Source of the DNA: Candidatus Marinacidobacterales bacterium
GTDB lineage: Bacteria; Acidobacteriota; Vicinamibacteria; Marinacidobacterales; DATDRI01
DNA length: 64,000 nt
Assembly (NCBI GenBank): GCA_965226495.1
Contig: OZ245365.1
Span: forward strand, 3,872,001-3,936,000
Direction: 5' to 3'
The notes under the pieces are model-generated. The model saw only the letters and a list, made by a program, of their open reading frames with translations, was not told the DNA's origin and did not search any database. This document shows positions 30,010-38,595 of the stretch, piece by piece; positions within the stretch are counted from its first letter, which is position 1; every line of letters begins with the position of its first letter. Both the position numbers and the translations under genes were made by a program.

Positions 30010-31734
30010 GTGGCCGTAGACAAAACAGTCGAAGTCAAAGCGACCGGCGAGGACGATTTATCCCAGCGGACCTCTGCCCTAGCCGATCTCATCCGCCTCT
30101 TGGTCAAGGCGCAGAAGGCGCTCAGGCTCTACCAGGCCAATAACGCCATCGCGCACCGCTTGGAGAAGGAGCTCTACACGAAGCTTTTCGCCCACTTGGA
30201 AGAGGAAGGGGCGTTCGAGCTTACCGTCCGGGAGTTCAAAATCCTTCTCGGTGAGGACGTTCTCTACGAAAGTACCGACCGCAACGACAGCCTTTCTTTC
30301 ACGCTATTCCGGGACGGAGTTCGCAAACTCAGCTTTCACCCCGGCATCGAGGATTTGGAGCTTCACGGCTTTCTGACCTGTTTGAATCACGTCGGGATGC
30401 ACTCCAACGACCAGGACGATCTCGTAACGCTTTTCTGGGAGCAGGATTTCAAATCCATCAAGTACTACGCGATCGAGGAGCTTAGCACCGAGACTTCCGG
30501 TCCGAGTCTTCAGCAGCAACTGGAATCCGGCGCGGCTGGAGAAGGCGGCGGGGGCACTGCCACCGACAGCGTCAGCCTGAAGGATTTGGAACAGCCGACC
30601 GCCCATCTTCCCAACGATGCCTGCCGACTCACCGAAGACGAGCTCGAAGCGCTGCGTGCGGAGCTCCTAACCCAGGAAAACGAGCCTTTTTCTGTCTCGG
30701 TCGTCGAGCTCGCCATCGAGCTCACACTTCAGGAAAGGCGCAAAGAAGAACGAGACCGAATCACTGACAGCCTAATCGCCATCGCCAACCGTCTGCTCAG
30801 AGATGGAGAGCTCCAAGAGATCGCGCGGTTGGCCGAGCACCTCGAAGGCCTGTCCGGAATGCTACTCGCGGATTCCGAGCCAGTGACTCAGCTTCGCCAA
30901 AGAGTCTTTCGAGCCCTCTGCAATCCGGAACACCTCGGTGGGTTTCTCGATCAGGTCGAGCAAGCACGCCAGTTGAAGCCGACGGAGCTCACAATGTACT
31001 TGGTACGGTTGGGGCAAGACGCCCTCCCCGCCCTCGTCCCAAGCTTGGCTCGCTTGAACACTTCTCCTTTTCGTCGCGCCGTAGCGGACGCGATCCTTGC
31101 AACCAAAGAAGGAGCGTTGCACGAGCTATCTCGACACATCCCCTCCAACGGCGACGTCCCTGACGTCACCTTCGTTCGCGAGCTCCTCTACGTCCTTTCA
31201 CATCTTCCCGGAGATCAATCGTTACCCTTGGTAGAAAAACTTCTCTCCGCCTCGGAAGAAACCGTGCGACGAGAGGCTTCATCAAGCCTGGGTCGCTTCC
31301 ACCATGAGCGGACCGGCGAGCTTTGCCTGAAACTGCTGTTGGACTCGGATGCGGAAGTCCGAAACACGGCACTGGACACACTGGTGCGTAGCGGCGCAAC
31401 CCAGCTGGCGAAACCCATTCTCGACCAGTCGGTGGCCGATCCAGCGTTCGAAGAGCGAAGTTTCCCCGAGAAGAGCCGGACGTTCTCTGCCGTTGCCAAG
31501 CTGGGTGGTCCAGAAGCGCTCAACTGGTTCACCGACATCGTGCGACCGGAAGAGCGCCGCTGGTTCGCTTCACGGAGCGAGCGAGAAATCCTTCAGGCCG
31601 CTGTCCACGGCATTCACAAAGTGGGTACGCCGGAGGCCAAGCAGCTTCTGGCCGAGATGGCAAGCAAGGGCGATCGTTTCATCCGCGCCGCTTCCCAGAA
31701 AGAGCTAAACGCCGAGAGGAAGACATCGCCATGA
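30010..31734 (+). CDS. HEAT repeat protein
   Basis: N-terminal KALRLYQANN..LFRDGVRKLSF domain; C-terminal HEAT repeats (ETVRREASSSLG, DSDAEVRNTALDTL). Confidence 0.85.
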   Translation: MAVDKTVEVKATGEDDLSQRTSALADLIRLLVKAQKALRLYQANNAIAHRLEKELYTKLFAHLEEEGAFELTVREFKILLGEDVLYESTDRNDSLSFTLFRDGVRKLSFHPGIEDLELHGFLTCLNHVGMHSNDQDDLVTLFWEQDFKSIKYYAIEELSTETSGPSLQQQLESGAAGEGGGGTATDSVSLKDLEQPTAHLPNDACRLTEDELEALRAELLTQENEPFSVSVVELAIELTLQERRKEERDRITDSLIAIANRLLRDGELQEIARLAEHLEGLSGMLLADSEPVTQLRQRVFRALCNPEHLGGFLDQVEQARQLKPTELTMYLVRLGQDALPALVPSLARLNTSPFRRAVADAILATKEGALHELSRHIPSNGDVPDVTFVRELLYVLSHLPGDQSLPLVEKLLSASEETVRREASSSLGRFHHERTGELCLKLLLDSDAEVRNTALDTLVRSGATQLAKPILDQSVADPAFEERSFPEKSRTFSAVAKLGGPEALNWFTDIVRPEERRWFASRSEREILQAAVHGIHKVGTPEAKQLLAEMASKGDRFIRAASQKELNAERKTSP

Positions 31735-33188
31735 CGATGACGAAGGCACCCTCCTCGACGGCCGCCACATCACCGGAAGCGCGCGCGTTCCTCAACCTGG
31801 CGCGGGAAATACAGCAACACCTCGCGGTCTTGATCAAAAATTCCTATCTTCACGACCTTACCAACGAAGTCTTCGAAGAGCCGCTCAAGAAAGCGCAGGC
31901 CGCCCTCGAGAGTGCCGTGAACACAGAGGGAAGCTTTCGACTGGAGCGCATGGGGCAGGAGTTCTACGCTAACGGGATGCGGCTTCGGATGGAGATACGG
32001 AGCCTGCAGACCTACAAATACCTCTGGGAGGAGCTCAACAAACGGGAGTTGGGAGGTTTCCAATTCGAGGGCGTGCCTACCACGGCAACGCTTTCGGGCT
32101 TCCTTACCGCCCTCGCCCGCGTGCGCTCAGCCAACATGGGAGGCCTTGAGGAGGTCAACCAGACGCTGGCCCAGCAGGGAATCACGAACCTCCAAGCGCT
32201 CCCGGTGCGCGATGCCGAGGACTCGACAGAGGACCTAGAACGGCCCGACCGACGGCAGCGCGCGATCCAAGCCTATCAACAAGCTCTGGACTTCATCAGG
32301 GAGTCCATAACGAATCTCGATTCGCCGGCGCAGCTCAACTTACGCCAGGCAAAGCGCACGGTTCAGAGGCTGGTGGACCTGAGCTTCGAAGAAGGAGAGG
32401 GGTTTTCGCTGGCCGGGATGGCCTCCATCAAAGATCACGACAACTACACGTTCAATCACATGGTCAACGTAAGCGTGCTCTCGATCGCCTTTGGTCAACG
32501 CTTGGGACTCAAGCGACAAGACCTCGCCCAGCTGGGACTCTGCGCGCTGTACCATGACATGGGAAAATTGCATATCCCTCTCGAAGTCCTGAACAAGAAG
32601 GGCTCACTGACCGAGGAAGAGTGGGCGGTGATGGGCAACCACACGGTCTACGCAGCTCGGACGCTTTTTCCTCTTATCGCCGATGACCCGGGCACGCTCC
32701 ATCGGATTCTAACCGCGCTCCAGCACCACCTCGGCTTCGACGGTAGCGGATATCCAAAGCTGAAGCTTCGCACCCGGCAAGGACTCTTTACTCGTATCAC
32801 GTCGATCACCGACGCCTTCGACGCCATGACCACGAAACGCATCTACCAAAAGCAATTCCTTCCGAGCGAAGCGCTGACGATCATTCAGAAAGCTGCGGGC
32901 GGTCGGTACGACCCCCTTCTCGTCAAGGCGTTCATTAATTGCATGGGTATCTTTCCCATTGGCTCGACGGTCTTAGTGACAACCGGAGAGCTTGGCGTGG
33001 TCGTGGAATCCAATCCCGATCCTGACCGATCTCACCAGCCCAAAGTCAAGATCGCCTCCGACACGAACCGCAATTTAACCGATCCCCAACTTGTCGACCT
33101 TAGTCATGCCAGTCAGGCCAACCGTGCTATCGTCAAGTGCGTCGATCCGGAGGCCTTTGGCATCAATGCCGCTCATTATGTCGTCTAA
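31731..33188 (+). CDS. HD-GYP domain cyclic dinucleotide phosphodiesterase
   Basis: YTFNHMVNV, LYHDMGK, QHHLGFDGSGYP, DAFDAMTTKRIY. ATGA overlap with the HEAT gene. Confidence 0.92.
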   Translation: MTMTKAPSSTAATSPEARAFLNLAREIQQHLAVLIKNSYLHDLTNEVFEEPLKKAQAALESAVNTEGSFRLERMGQEFYANGMRLRMEIRSLQTYKYLWEELNKRELGGFQFEGVPTTATLSGFLTALARVRSANMGGLEEVNQTLAQQGITNLQALPVRDAEDSTEDLERPDRRQRAIQAYQQALDFIRESITNLDSPAQLNLRQAKRTVQRLVDLSFEEGEGFSLAGMASIKDHDNYTFNHMVNVSVLSIAFGQRLGLKRQDLAQLGLCALYHDMGKLHIPLEVLNKKGSLTEEEWAVMGNHTVYAARTLFPLIADDPGTLHRILTALQHHLGFDGSGYPKLKLRTRQGLFTRITSITDAFDAMTTKRIYQKQFLPSEALTIIQKAAGGRYDPLLVKAFINCMGIFPIGSTVLVTTGELGVVVESNPDPDRSHQPKVKIASDTNRNLTDPQLVDLSHASQANRAIVKCVDPEAFGINAAHYVV

Positions 33189-34230
33189 GAAACGTTCGAA
33201 GAGGGTCAGGGCGAAGCGCTCCATCGTCTGGATCGGCGGAACCGGTCTACCAACCCGTGGCGCCGGACGGGAGCTAGAGTCTCTCGGCCACCCACTTCAC
33301 TGGGAGCCGGTCGCCTTGGCAACGCCGGATAGAGTCCTCGAGCTAAACCCGGTGGTTGTGGTGGTCGAAGCGAGTAGCCGATCGACTATCGCAAGGAAAC
33401 TCCTCGTGACGCTCGAGGAGCTGCGGAAGACTCAGGAGTTCTTCGTTTTCTTGCTGCTCGACCGGGAGCCTAGGAAGCGTACCCCACATGCCGATGCTTA
33501 TATCGTCAAGGGACGCGGAATGGTCACTCAATTCAAGGGTGCGCTACGTGCCGTTCTCGCCACCGAGGCGGTCCGAGAACGTGCCCGACGACGGATCAAG
33601 AAGCTGGAGGAAGAAGCGAGGGAGCTCCGGCGGCTGGTCGTGCGCGACGACTTGACCTGTCTCTTCAATCTACGCTTCTTCAATCGAACACTGGAGAACG
33701 AGCACTCTCGCGCCATGCGCTTCGATCGCGAGTATTCGCTCGTCTTCATCGATCTCGACGGTTTGAAAGAAGTGAACAACCGTTTCGGACACATAGCCGG
33801 AGGTCGCGTCCTCAAGCAGGTCGGGGATTACATCGGAGAAAAGTTACGAAAGATCGATATCCCCGCTCGTATCGGTGGTGACGAGTTCGTCATCATCTGT
33901 CCTGAAACTCCGAAGATGAGCGCGCGCTTGGTCGCGGAACGGATCCGTCAAGGCATTGAAGAGCTCAACCGACAGAAAAATGGCCCGCCGATGGAGATCA
34001 CAGTCAGCATGGGAGTAGCCGCCTTTCCCGACGACGGAGACACGCCGGAGCAGGTTCTAGACCATGCCGACCGCGCGCTCTTCGAGGCCAAAGCCCAGGG
34101 CAAGAACCGGGTCTGCTGCTGGGGAGAATTTCCGAGCGATCGCAAGCCAGAGTACCGCGGCTCGGTCCACGGCCGGCGCCCGGAGGAGGATGCCCGGCTC
34201 GAAACGGAAAAAATCGAGATCGAGAAGTAG
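33178..34230 (+). CDS. Diguanylate cyclase (GGDEF) with degenerate REC-like N-terminus
   Basis: DDLTCLFN, FIDLDGLKEVNNRFGH, I-site RKID, RIGGDEF, ADRALFEAKAQGKNRV. Confidence 0.92.
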   Translation: MSSKKRSKRVRAKRSIVWIGGTGLPTRGAGRELESLGHPLHWEPVALATPDRVLELNPVVVVVEASSRSTIARKLLVTLEELRKTQEFFVFLLLDREPRKRTPHADAYIVKGRGMVTQFKGALRAVLATEAVRERARRRIKKLEEEARELRRLVVRDDLTCLFNLRFFNRTLENEHSRAMRFDREYSLVFIDLDGLKEVNNRFGHIAGGRVLKQVGDYIGEKLRKIDIPARIGGDEFVIICPETPKMSARLVAERIRQGIEELNRQKNGPPMEITVSMGVAAFPDDGDTPEQVLDHADRALFEAKAQGKNRVCCWGEFPSDRKPEYRGSVHGRRPEEDARLETEKIEIEK

Positions 34231-34335
34231 GTTTCAGCTCCCGCCTGACGATAGCCGTCCTTCCCTTGGCTTCAACTGCCAATTCCCAACTATTCGTGAT
34301 AGCCTCTGCCGAACGCTAAATTCAAGGAGGCGACC

Positions 34336-35565
34336 ATGGGCGAAAGAGTTTCGAGACGAGGCTTTTTGGGCTCCACTTTGGGAGGCGCGGTTGGAATGAG
34401 CTTGGCCGGACACAGCGAGGCCTCTGCCGCCTTTACCGCCGGTATCGAGCCGATGCGTCTTCCGGATCCGACGAACGTATGGGATCTGCCGACCCCGGCG
34501 CTCGTCGTTGACTTGGACGCCATGGAGTCCAATCTCAAGAAAATGCAGGACTTCTTGGCCGGAAAAACGGCGAAGCTTCGCCCCCATACTAAGACCCACA
34601 AGTCGCCGATCCTCGCCAAAAAGCAGCTCGAGCACGGCGCCATCGGCATTTGCACCGCGAAGGTCAGCGAGGCGGAGGTGATGTTGGAGGGTGGAATCAA
34701 TAACATCCTTATTACTTCGCCGGTCGTGACTCCGGAGAAAATCGAGAGGGTCATCCAGCTGGCCCGCAGGAGTCCCGACGTCGAGATCGTCGTGGACCGT
34801 GAGAGCAACGTGGCAGATTTCAACGATGCCGCGGGCATCGCGAGGACGAAGCTTTCGGTGCTCATTGAGCTCGATACCGGTACCAACCGCACAGGGATCG
34901 AGATGGGCAAACCGGCTATGGATCTGCTTCAGTCGATCGCCAAGAGTCCCAACCTCACGTTCGGAGGAATCCAGGCCTACGCAGGCCAGTGTTAACACCT
35001 GAAGGGCTACAAGTATCGCAAGATGCGGTCCGAGCAGGCGTTGGCCCGGGCGCTCACGATGAAACACGAGATGGAAAAGGCGGGCATCGAAGTTCCGGTG
35101 CTGACCGTCGGCGGTACCGGCACCTATAACATCGACGCCGACATCGAGGGAGTCACCGACCTCCAAGCAGGGTCGTACTTGTTCATGGACGTCGACTACC
35201 GCGGCATCGGAGGCAAGACGGGCGCCGTTTATGATGACTTCCAGCCCTCGCTTTTTGTGATTGCCACTGCCATCAGTCAACCGATGAAGGGCCGCATCAC
35301 CATCGACGCAGGCCTCAAGGCGTTCGCCACCGACAAGACGCCAGCACTCAGAGACATTACCGGAGTCACCTATCGCTTCGGGGGCGATGAGCACGGAATC
35401 CTCGAGTTCAAGGAACCCTCGAAGGAGATCAAGGTAGGAGACAAGGTGGCGTTACTCGCCTCACATTGCGATCCAACCGTCAATCTCTATGACCAGTACT
35501 ACGCGTACCGAGGAGAGCAGGTCGAGGAGATCTGGCCGGTGGCCGGAAGAGGAAAATCGCAGTAA
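34336..35565 (+). pseudogene. D-threonine aldolase / DSD1 family PLP enzyme with Tat signal, interrupted by in-frame TAA at 34993-34995
   Basis: SRRGFL Tat motif; LPTPALVVD, RPHTKTHK (PLP Lys); YAGQC-stop-HL; then GGTGT, QAGSYLFMD, DEHG, HCDPTVNL in the same frame. Confidence 0.85.
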
Positions 35566-35583
35566 GCGTTTCGGAAAGGTTTC

Positions 35584-35637
35584 GGGGACAGGTTATTTAT
35601 CTTTTCTCATTTGGGAGGTGAATAGCCCGTCCCTTTT
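35584..35637. repeat. REP-like hairpin / possible bidirectional terminator
   Basis: GGGACAGGTTATTTATC pairs imperfectly with GGTGAATAGCCCGTCCC, followed by TTTTT, between convergent genes. Confidence 0.6.
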
Positions 35638-37127
35638 TATCTAGTCACACTGCCGTCCCTGGCGAGTTTGCCTGGCAACTCTAACCCCTGACTCAAACCT
35701 ATCATCCCGTCGTAGAGCTCGCTGCGCTCTTCACGCAGCTGGTGGATGGCGTCGGAGCGCCGGGCGCGAGTGAACCGGACCCGTATCGCTCGTAGCGTTT
35801 CCTGAACCAGTCGCTGATAGTGGAGAACGACGAACCCACCGAGCGCACTCAAGACGAAGGCCAAGACTCCCGTCAGAAACGGGGCGTTCGGAATCCTGGG
35901 GTAGATCGGATGGAGCGCCGCGACGCCGGCGCCGGCGAGAATCGCGATCACCAGCCACGTGAGAGGAAAAGCGACGGCTCCCAGCAGCAGCTTCACCGTG
36001 GCCTCGTCCTTGTAGGCCCGTGACGCGCCTTTGGACACGGCCGTCACCACAAGCGCGGTTGGCACGTTGGCGACAAAGCCCACGAGAAGAACGGGCGGCA
36101 AAAGCAGGTACACCAGGATCACCTGAAGGAGGAATACTGCTGCCACCCAGTGCGAACGAAGCCGCGGATTGCCGTCGAGCTCATGATCGTGAAGCCCGAA
36201 GGCACGGAGATCCTGGTCGTAGTCGCCGACTCGAGACAAGAGCGCATCGACTTCCTGCGGATGAGTTTTCATGAGCGCCCGGTAACCCGTCCAAAGACGA
36301 GCGAAACCCAACTGGCGCTCCGCCATGTCGGGACGATCGAGAGAGGCTCCTGCCCGGCTCGCGCGCTCGGCTCGAATCAGCTTGCGGCCACGATGCAATA
36401 AATAATGAAGTTCCCAACTCTCGGTTGCATGGACGACCTCGTGAAGTGTCCGCTCGATCTCGTCGGTGAGGCGACGGTACTTCTTCCTGGCTTCCTCGAA
36501 GGAAGCTTCAGGCGCGGGGGGCTCCGCCAACTCGGGATCGAGCTCGAGAGGGGGGTGAAACGCCACGAGTGCGTTCGAACCAAAAACTCCCTTCTTGTCG
36601 TAATGGAGTCCGACCGGGATGACCACGGGTTTGACGCCGGCCTCAGACGTCAGTTCGGTTGCTCGATAGAAAAGTCGTGCCGCGCCGGTCTTGAGCTCTT
36701 GCGGCTGCGGCTCGTCGTGGCTCACTCCTTCTGGGAACAATGCGGCAAACGCTCCGTCCGCAACCGCTCGGGCCAGCGCATCCAAGCTTTGCGTGTTCGC
36801 GGCGGGTCGCTCGGAGTGACCCTCGCCGGACGCCACGTCCTGACGCCGATAGATCGGCACGGTTCCTAGTTGCCGCATGAACCAGCCGAGAATCGGCCAC
36901 CGAAAAAGGCCATGCCGCGCACCAAAGACGACCGGTCTCGGAAAGTGCGTCAGGATGAGGGCGCCATCGACAATGGCGTTGGGGTGCCAGGAAACAACGA
37001 TGCCGCCGCCGGTGGCAGGTATGTGCTCGAGCCCAGTCGCCTCGATTCGGCGGAAGAATAGGCGATTCAGTAGGCCGAGCGCCTGAACAGTTTGTCGATA
37101 GCCGCGAGCCATGACGAGCGCTGCCAT
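35637..37127 (-). CDS. Second glycerol-3-phosphate / lysophospholipid acyltransferase homologue
   Basis: WHPNAIVD, VPIYRRQD, FPEGVSH, LKTGAAR; C-terminal TM helices. Start placed near 37127 rather than 37352. Confidence 0.88.
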   Translation of the reverse strand: MAALVMARGYRQTVQALGLLNRLFFRRIEATGLEHIPATGGGIVVSWHPNAIVDGALILTHFPRPVVFGARHGLFRWPILGWFMRQLGTVPIYRRQDVASGEGHSERPAANTQSLDALARAVADGAFAALFPEGVSHDEPQPQELKTGAARLFYRATELTSEAGVKPVVIPVGLHYDKKGVFGSNALVAFHPPLELDPELAEPPAPEASFEEARKKYRRLTDEIERTLHEVVHATESWELHYLLHRGRKLIRAERASRAGASLDRPDMAERQLGFARLWTGYRALMKTHPQEVDALLSRVGDYDQDLRAFGLHDHELDGNPRLRSHWVAAVFLLQVILVYLLLPPVLLVGFVANVPTALVVTAVSKGASRAYKDEATVKLLLGAVAFPLTWLVIAILAGAGVAALHPIYPRIPNAPFLTGVLAFVLSALGGFVVLHYQRLVQETLRAIRVRFTRARRSDAIHQLREERSELYDGMIGLSQGLELPGKLARDGSVTR

Positions 37128-37139
37128 TCTGTCACAGGA

Positions 37140-37394
37140 TGCCGATGGTGTGCGTTCATCGCGTGATCCGCAGGCGACCAAGATTGGCGTGGTCACCGAC
37201 AATTCCATCGTGCTAGGCTCCTCAACGACCGATCGACGCTCCACCTCGCACAACTTTATGGTGAACGGAATCGACAACATTCGGCGTACGGTTGAAAGAT
37301 CTCGGATCAACCCATCCGCTACATCGTCAACACCCACTACCACCCGGACCATCAGACCGGGAACCGTTTCGTCGGCCCCAAGGAGAGTAACTAG
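37140..37394 (+). pseudogene. Metallo-beta-lactamase fold (cyclase-like) remnant
   Basis: Frame reading SDQPIRYIVNTHYHPDHQTGNRF carries HxHxDH, then stops at 37394. The upstream part is in another frame and appears degraded. Confidence 0.7.
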
Positions 37395-38536
37395 CTGGGC
37401 CGGGAGACAACTGAAGGGGCGTTGCCTGGAGAAACCATGAGCCCCTCGAGTAGCCGGAAGAGCCCCCCGAGGCCCATAGACTGCACCGGTTGCTCACCGA
37501 TACTAATGGCGAGCAGGCGATCGAAGAGCTCGGGTTTGCGAGCCAACGTTGCGATGACCCGCTGCCGCAGCCTTGGCTGGCGAGCTACGGTAAGGAGGAG
37601 TCCAGTCATCCAATAATAAGTGCGGCTGAGACGACGGTACTCTTCTTCATAAAATGCCAACCTCCTGCCCTCGGCTAGCGTCTCGGCGAGAGAGCGCGCA
37701 CAGTGGAAAGCGAGCGACAAGCCCTCGCCGGTAATGGCATCGAGATATCCCGCCGCATCGCCTACCAGCGCAAGATTCTCTCGATAACGGCACCGCACTC
37801 GTTGGCGAAAGGATCCGGCCCCGGCTGCGTCGCTTGCGACGGCAGCGTCTCCGAGACGCTCGACGAGACGCGGGAACTTGCTCAGCAAGTCTACGAACCC
37901 TCCAGGCTCCTCGCTCGAGAGCAGAGCGACTCCGACCTCCTCCGAACCGACGGGCGTCACGTAGGCCTCGCTTCCATCGGTCCAGTGCACCTCAACGAAA
38001 GACGACCATGGACGCGCCCGGAAGTGACGTCGCACGCCGAATCGCCTTGCACCACGCCGGCTCATTTCCAACCCGGCTTGTTTGCGAATCTTGCTATGAA
38101 GACCGTCCGCACCGATGAGAAAACGGGCTGAGATGGCTCCCCCATCGGTCTCGACGACGGCACGCTCGCCGTCGTGACGCCATCTATCCACCGTCACGCC
38201 GTAGCGCAGTTCGACTCCCAACTTTTCGGCGCGCTCCAACATCGCCTGGACGAGCGCAGTGCGGCGGACACCCCAGCCGGGTCCTCGTCGAAACCGTCCC
38301 TCGGCGAGGATGTCTCCGTCAACATAACGAATTCCGTGGAACCTGGAGTGCTGTACATGGACACCCATCTCCTCGAGAAGGGCCACACCGGGCGGCATGA
38401 TCCCCTCGCCGCAAGGCTTGTCCAAAGGAAGAGAGCGCCTGTCGAGGACGGTCGAGGAGAGTCCCGCACGCGCCGCAAAGATCGCGGTAGCCAGTCCCGC
38501 CGGACCTCCACCTACGATCACGAGATCGCTAGTCAT
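37391..38536 (-). CDS. FAD-dependent monooxygenase / oxidoreductase
   Basis: VIVGGGPAG, KPCGEG, IGADGLHS, LVGDAAGYLDAITGEG. Confidence 0.9.
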   Translation of the reverse strand: MTSDLVIVGGGPAGLATAIFAARAGLSSTVLDRRSLPLDKPCGEGIMPPGVALLEEMGVHVQHSRFHGIRYVDGDILAEGRFRRGPGWGVRRTALVQAMLERAEKLGVELRYGVTVDRWRHDGERAVVETDGGAISARFLIGADGLHSKIRKQAGLEMSRRGARRFGVRRHFRARPWSSFVEVHWTDGSEAYVTPVGSEEVGVALLSSEEPGGFVDLLSKFPRLVERLGDAAVASDAAGAGSFRQRVRCRYRENLALVGDAAGYLDAITGEGLSLAFHCARSLAETLAEGRRLAFYEEEYRRLSRTYYWMTGLLLTVARQPRLRQRVIATLARKPELFDRLLAISIGEQPVQSMGLGGLFRLLEGLMVSPGNAPSVVSRPS

Positions 38537-38595
38537 TTTCTGCGCGTAGTCTATCCCGCTGGAAACTTGGCTTCCAGCTACGATAGGCTAGCCCA

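Noticed and set aside
34234-35394. 386-aa minus-strand ORF
   Set aside because: Antisense shadow of the D-threonine aldolase-like gene with no recognisable motifs.
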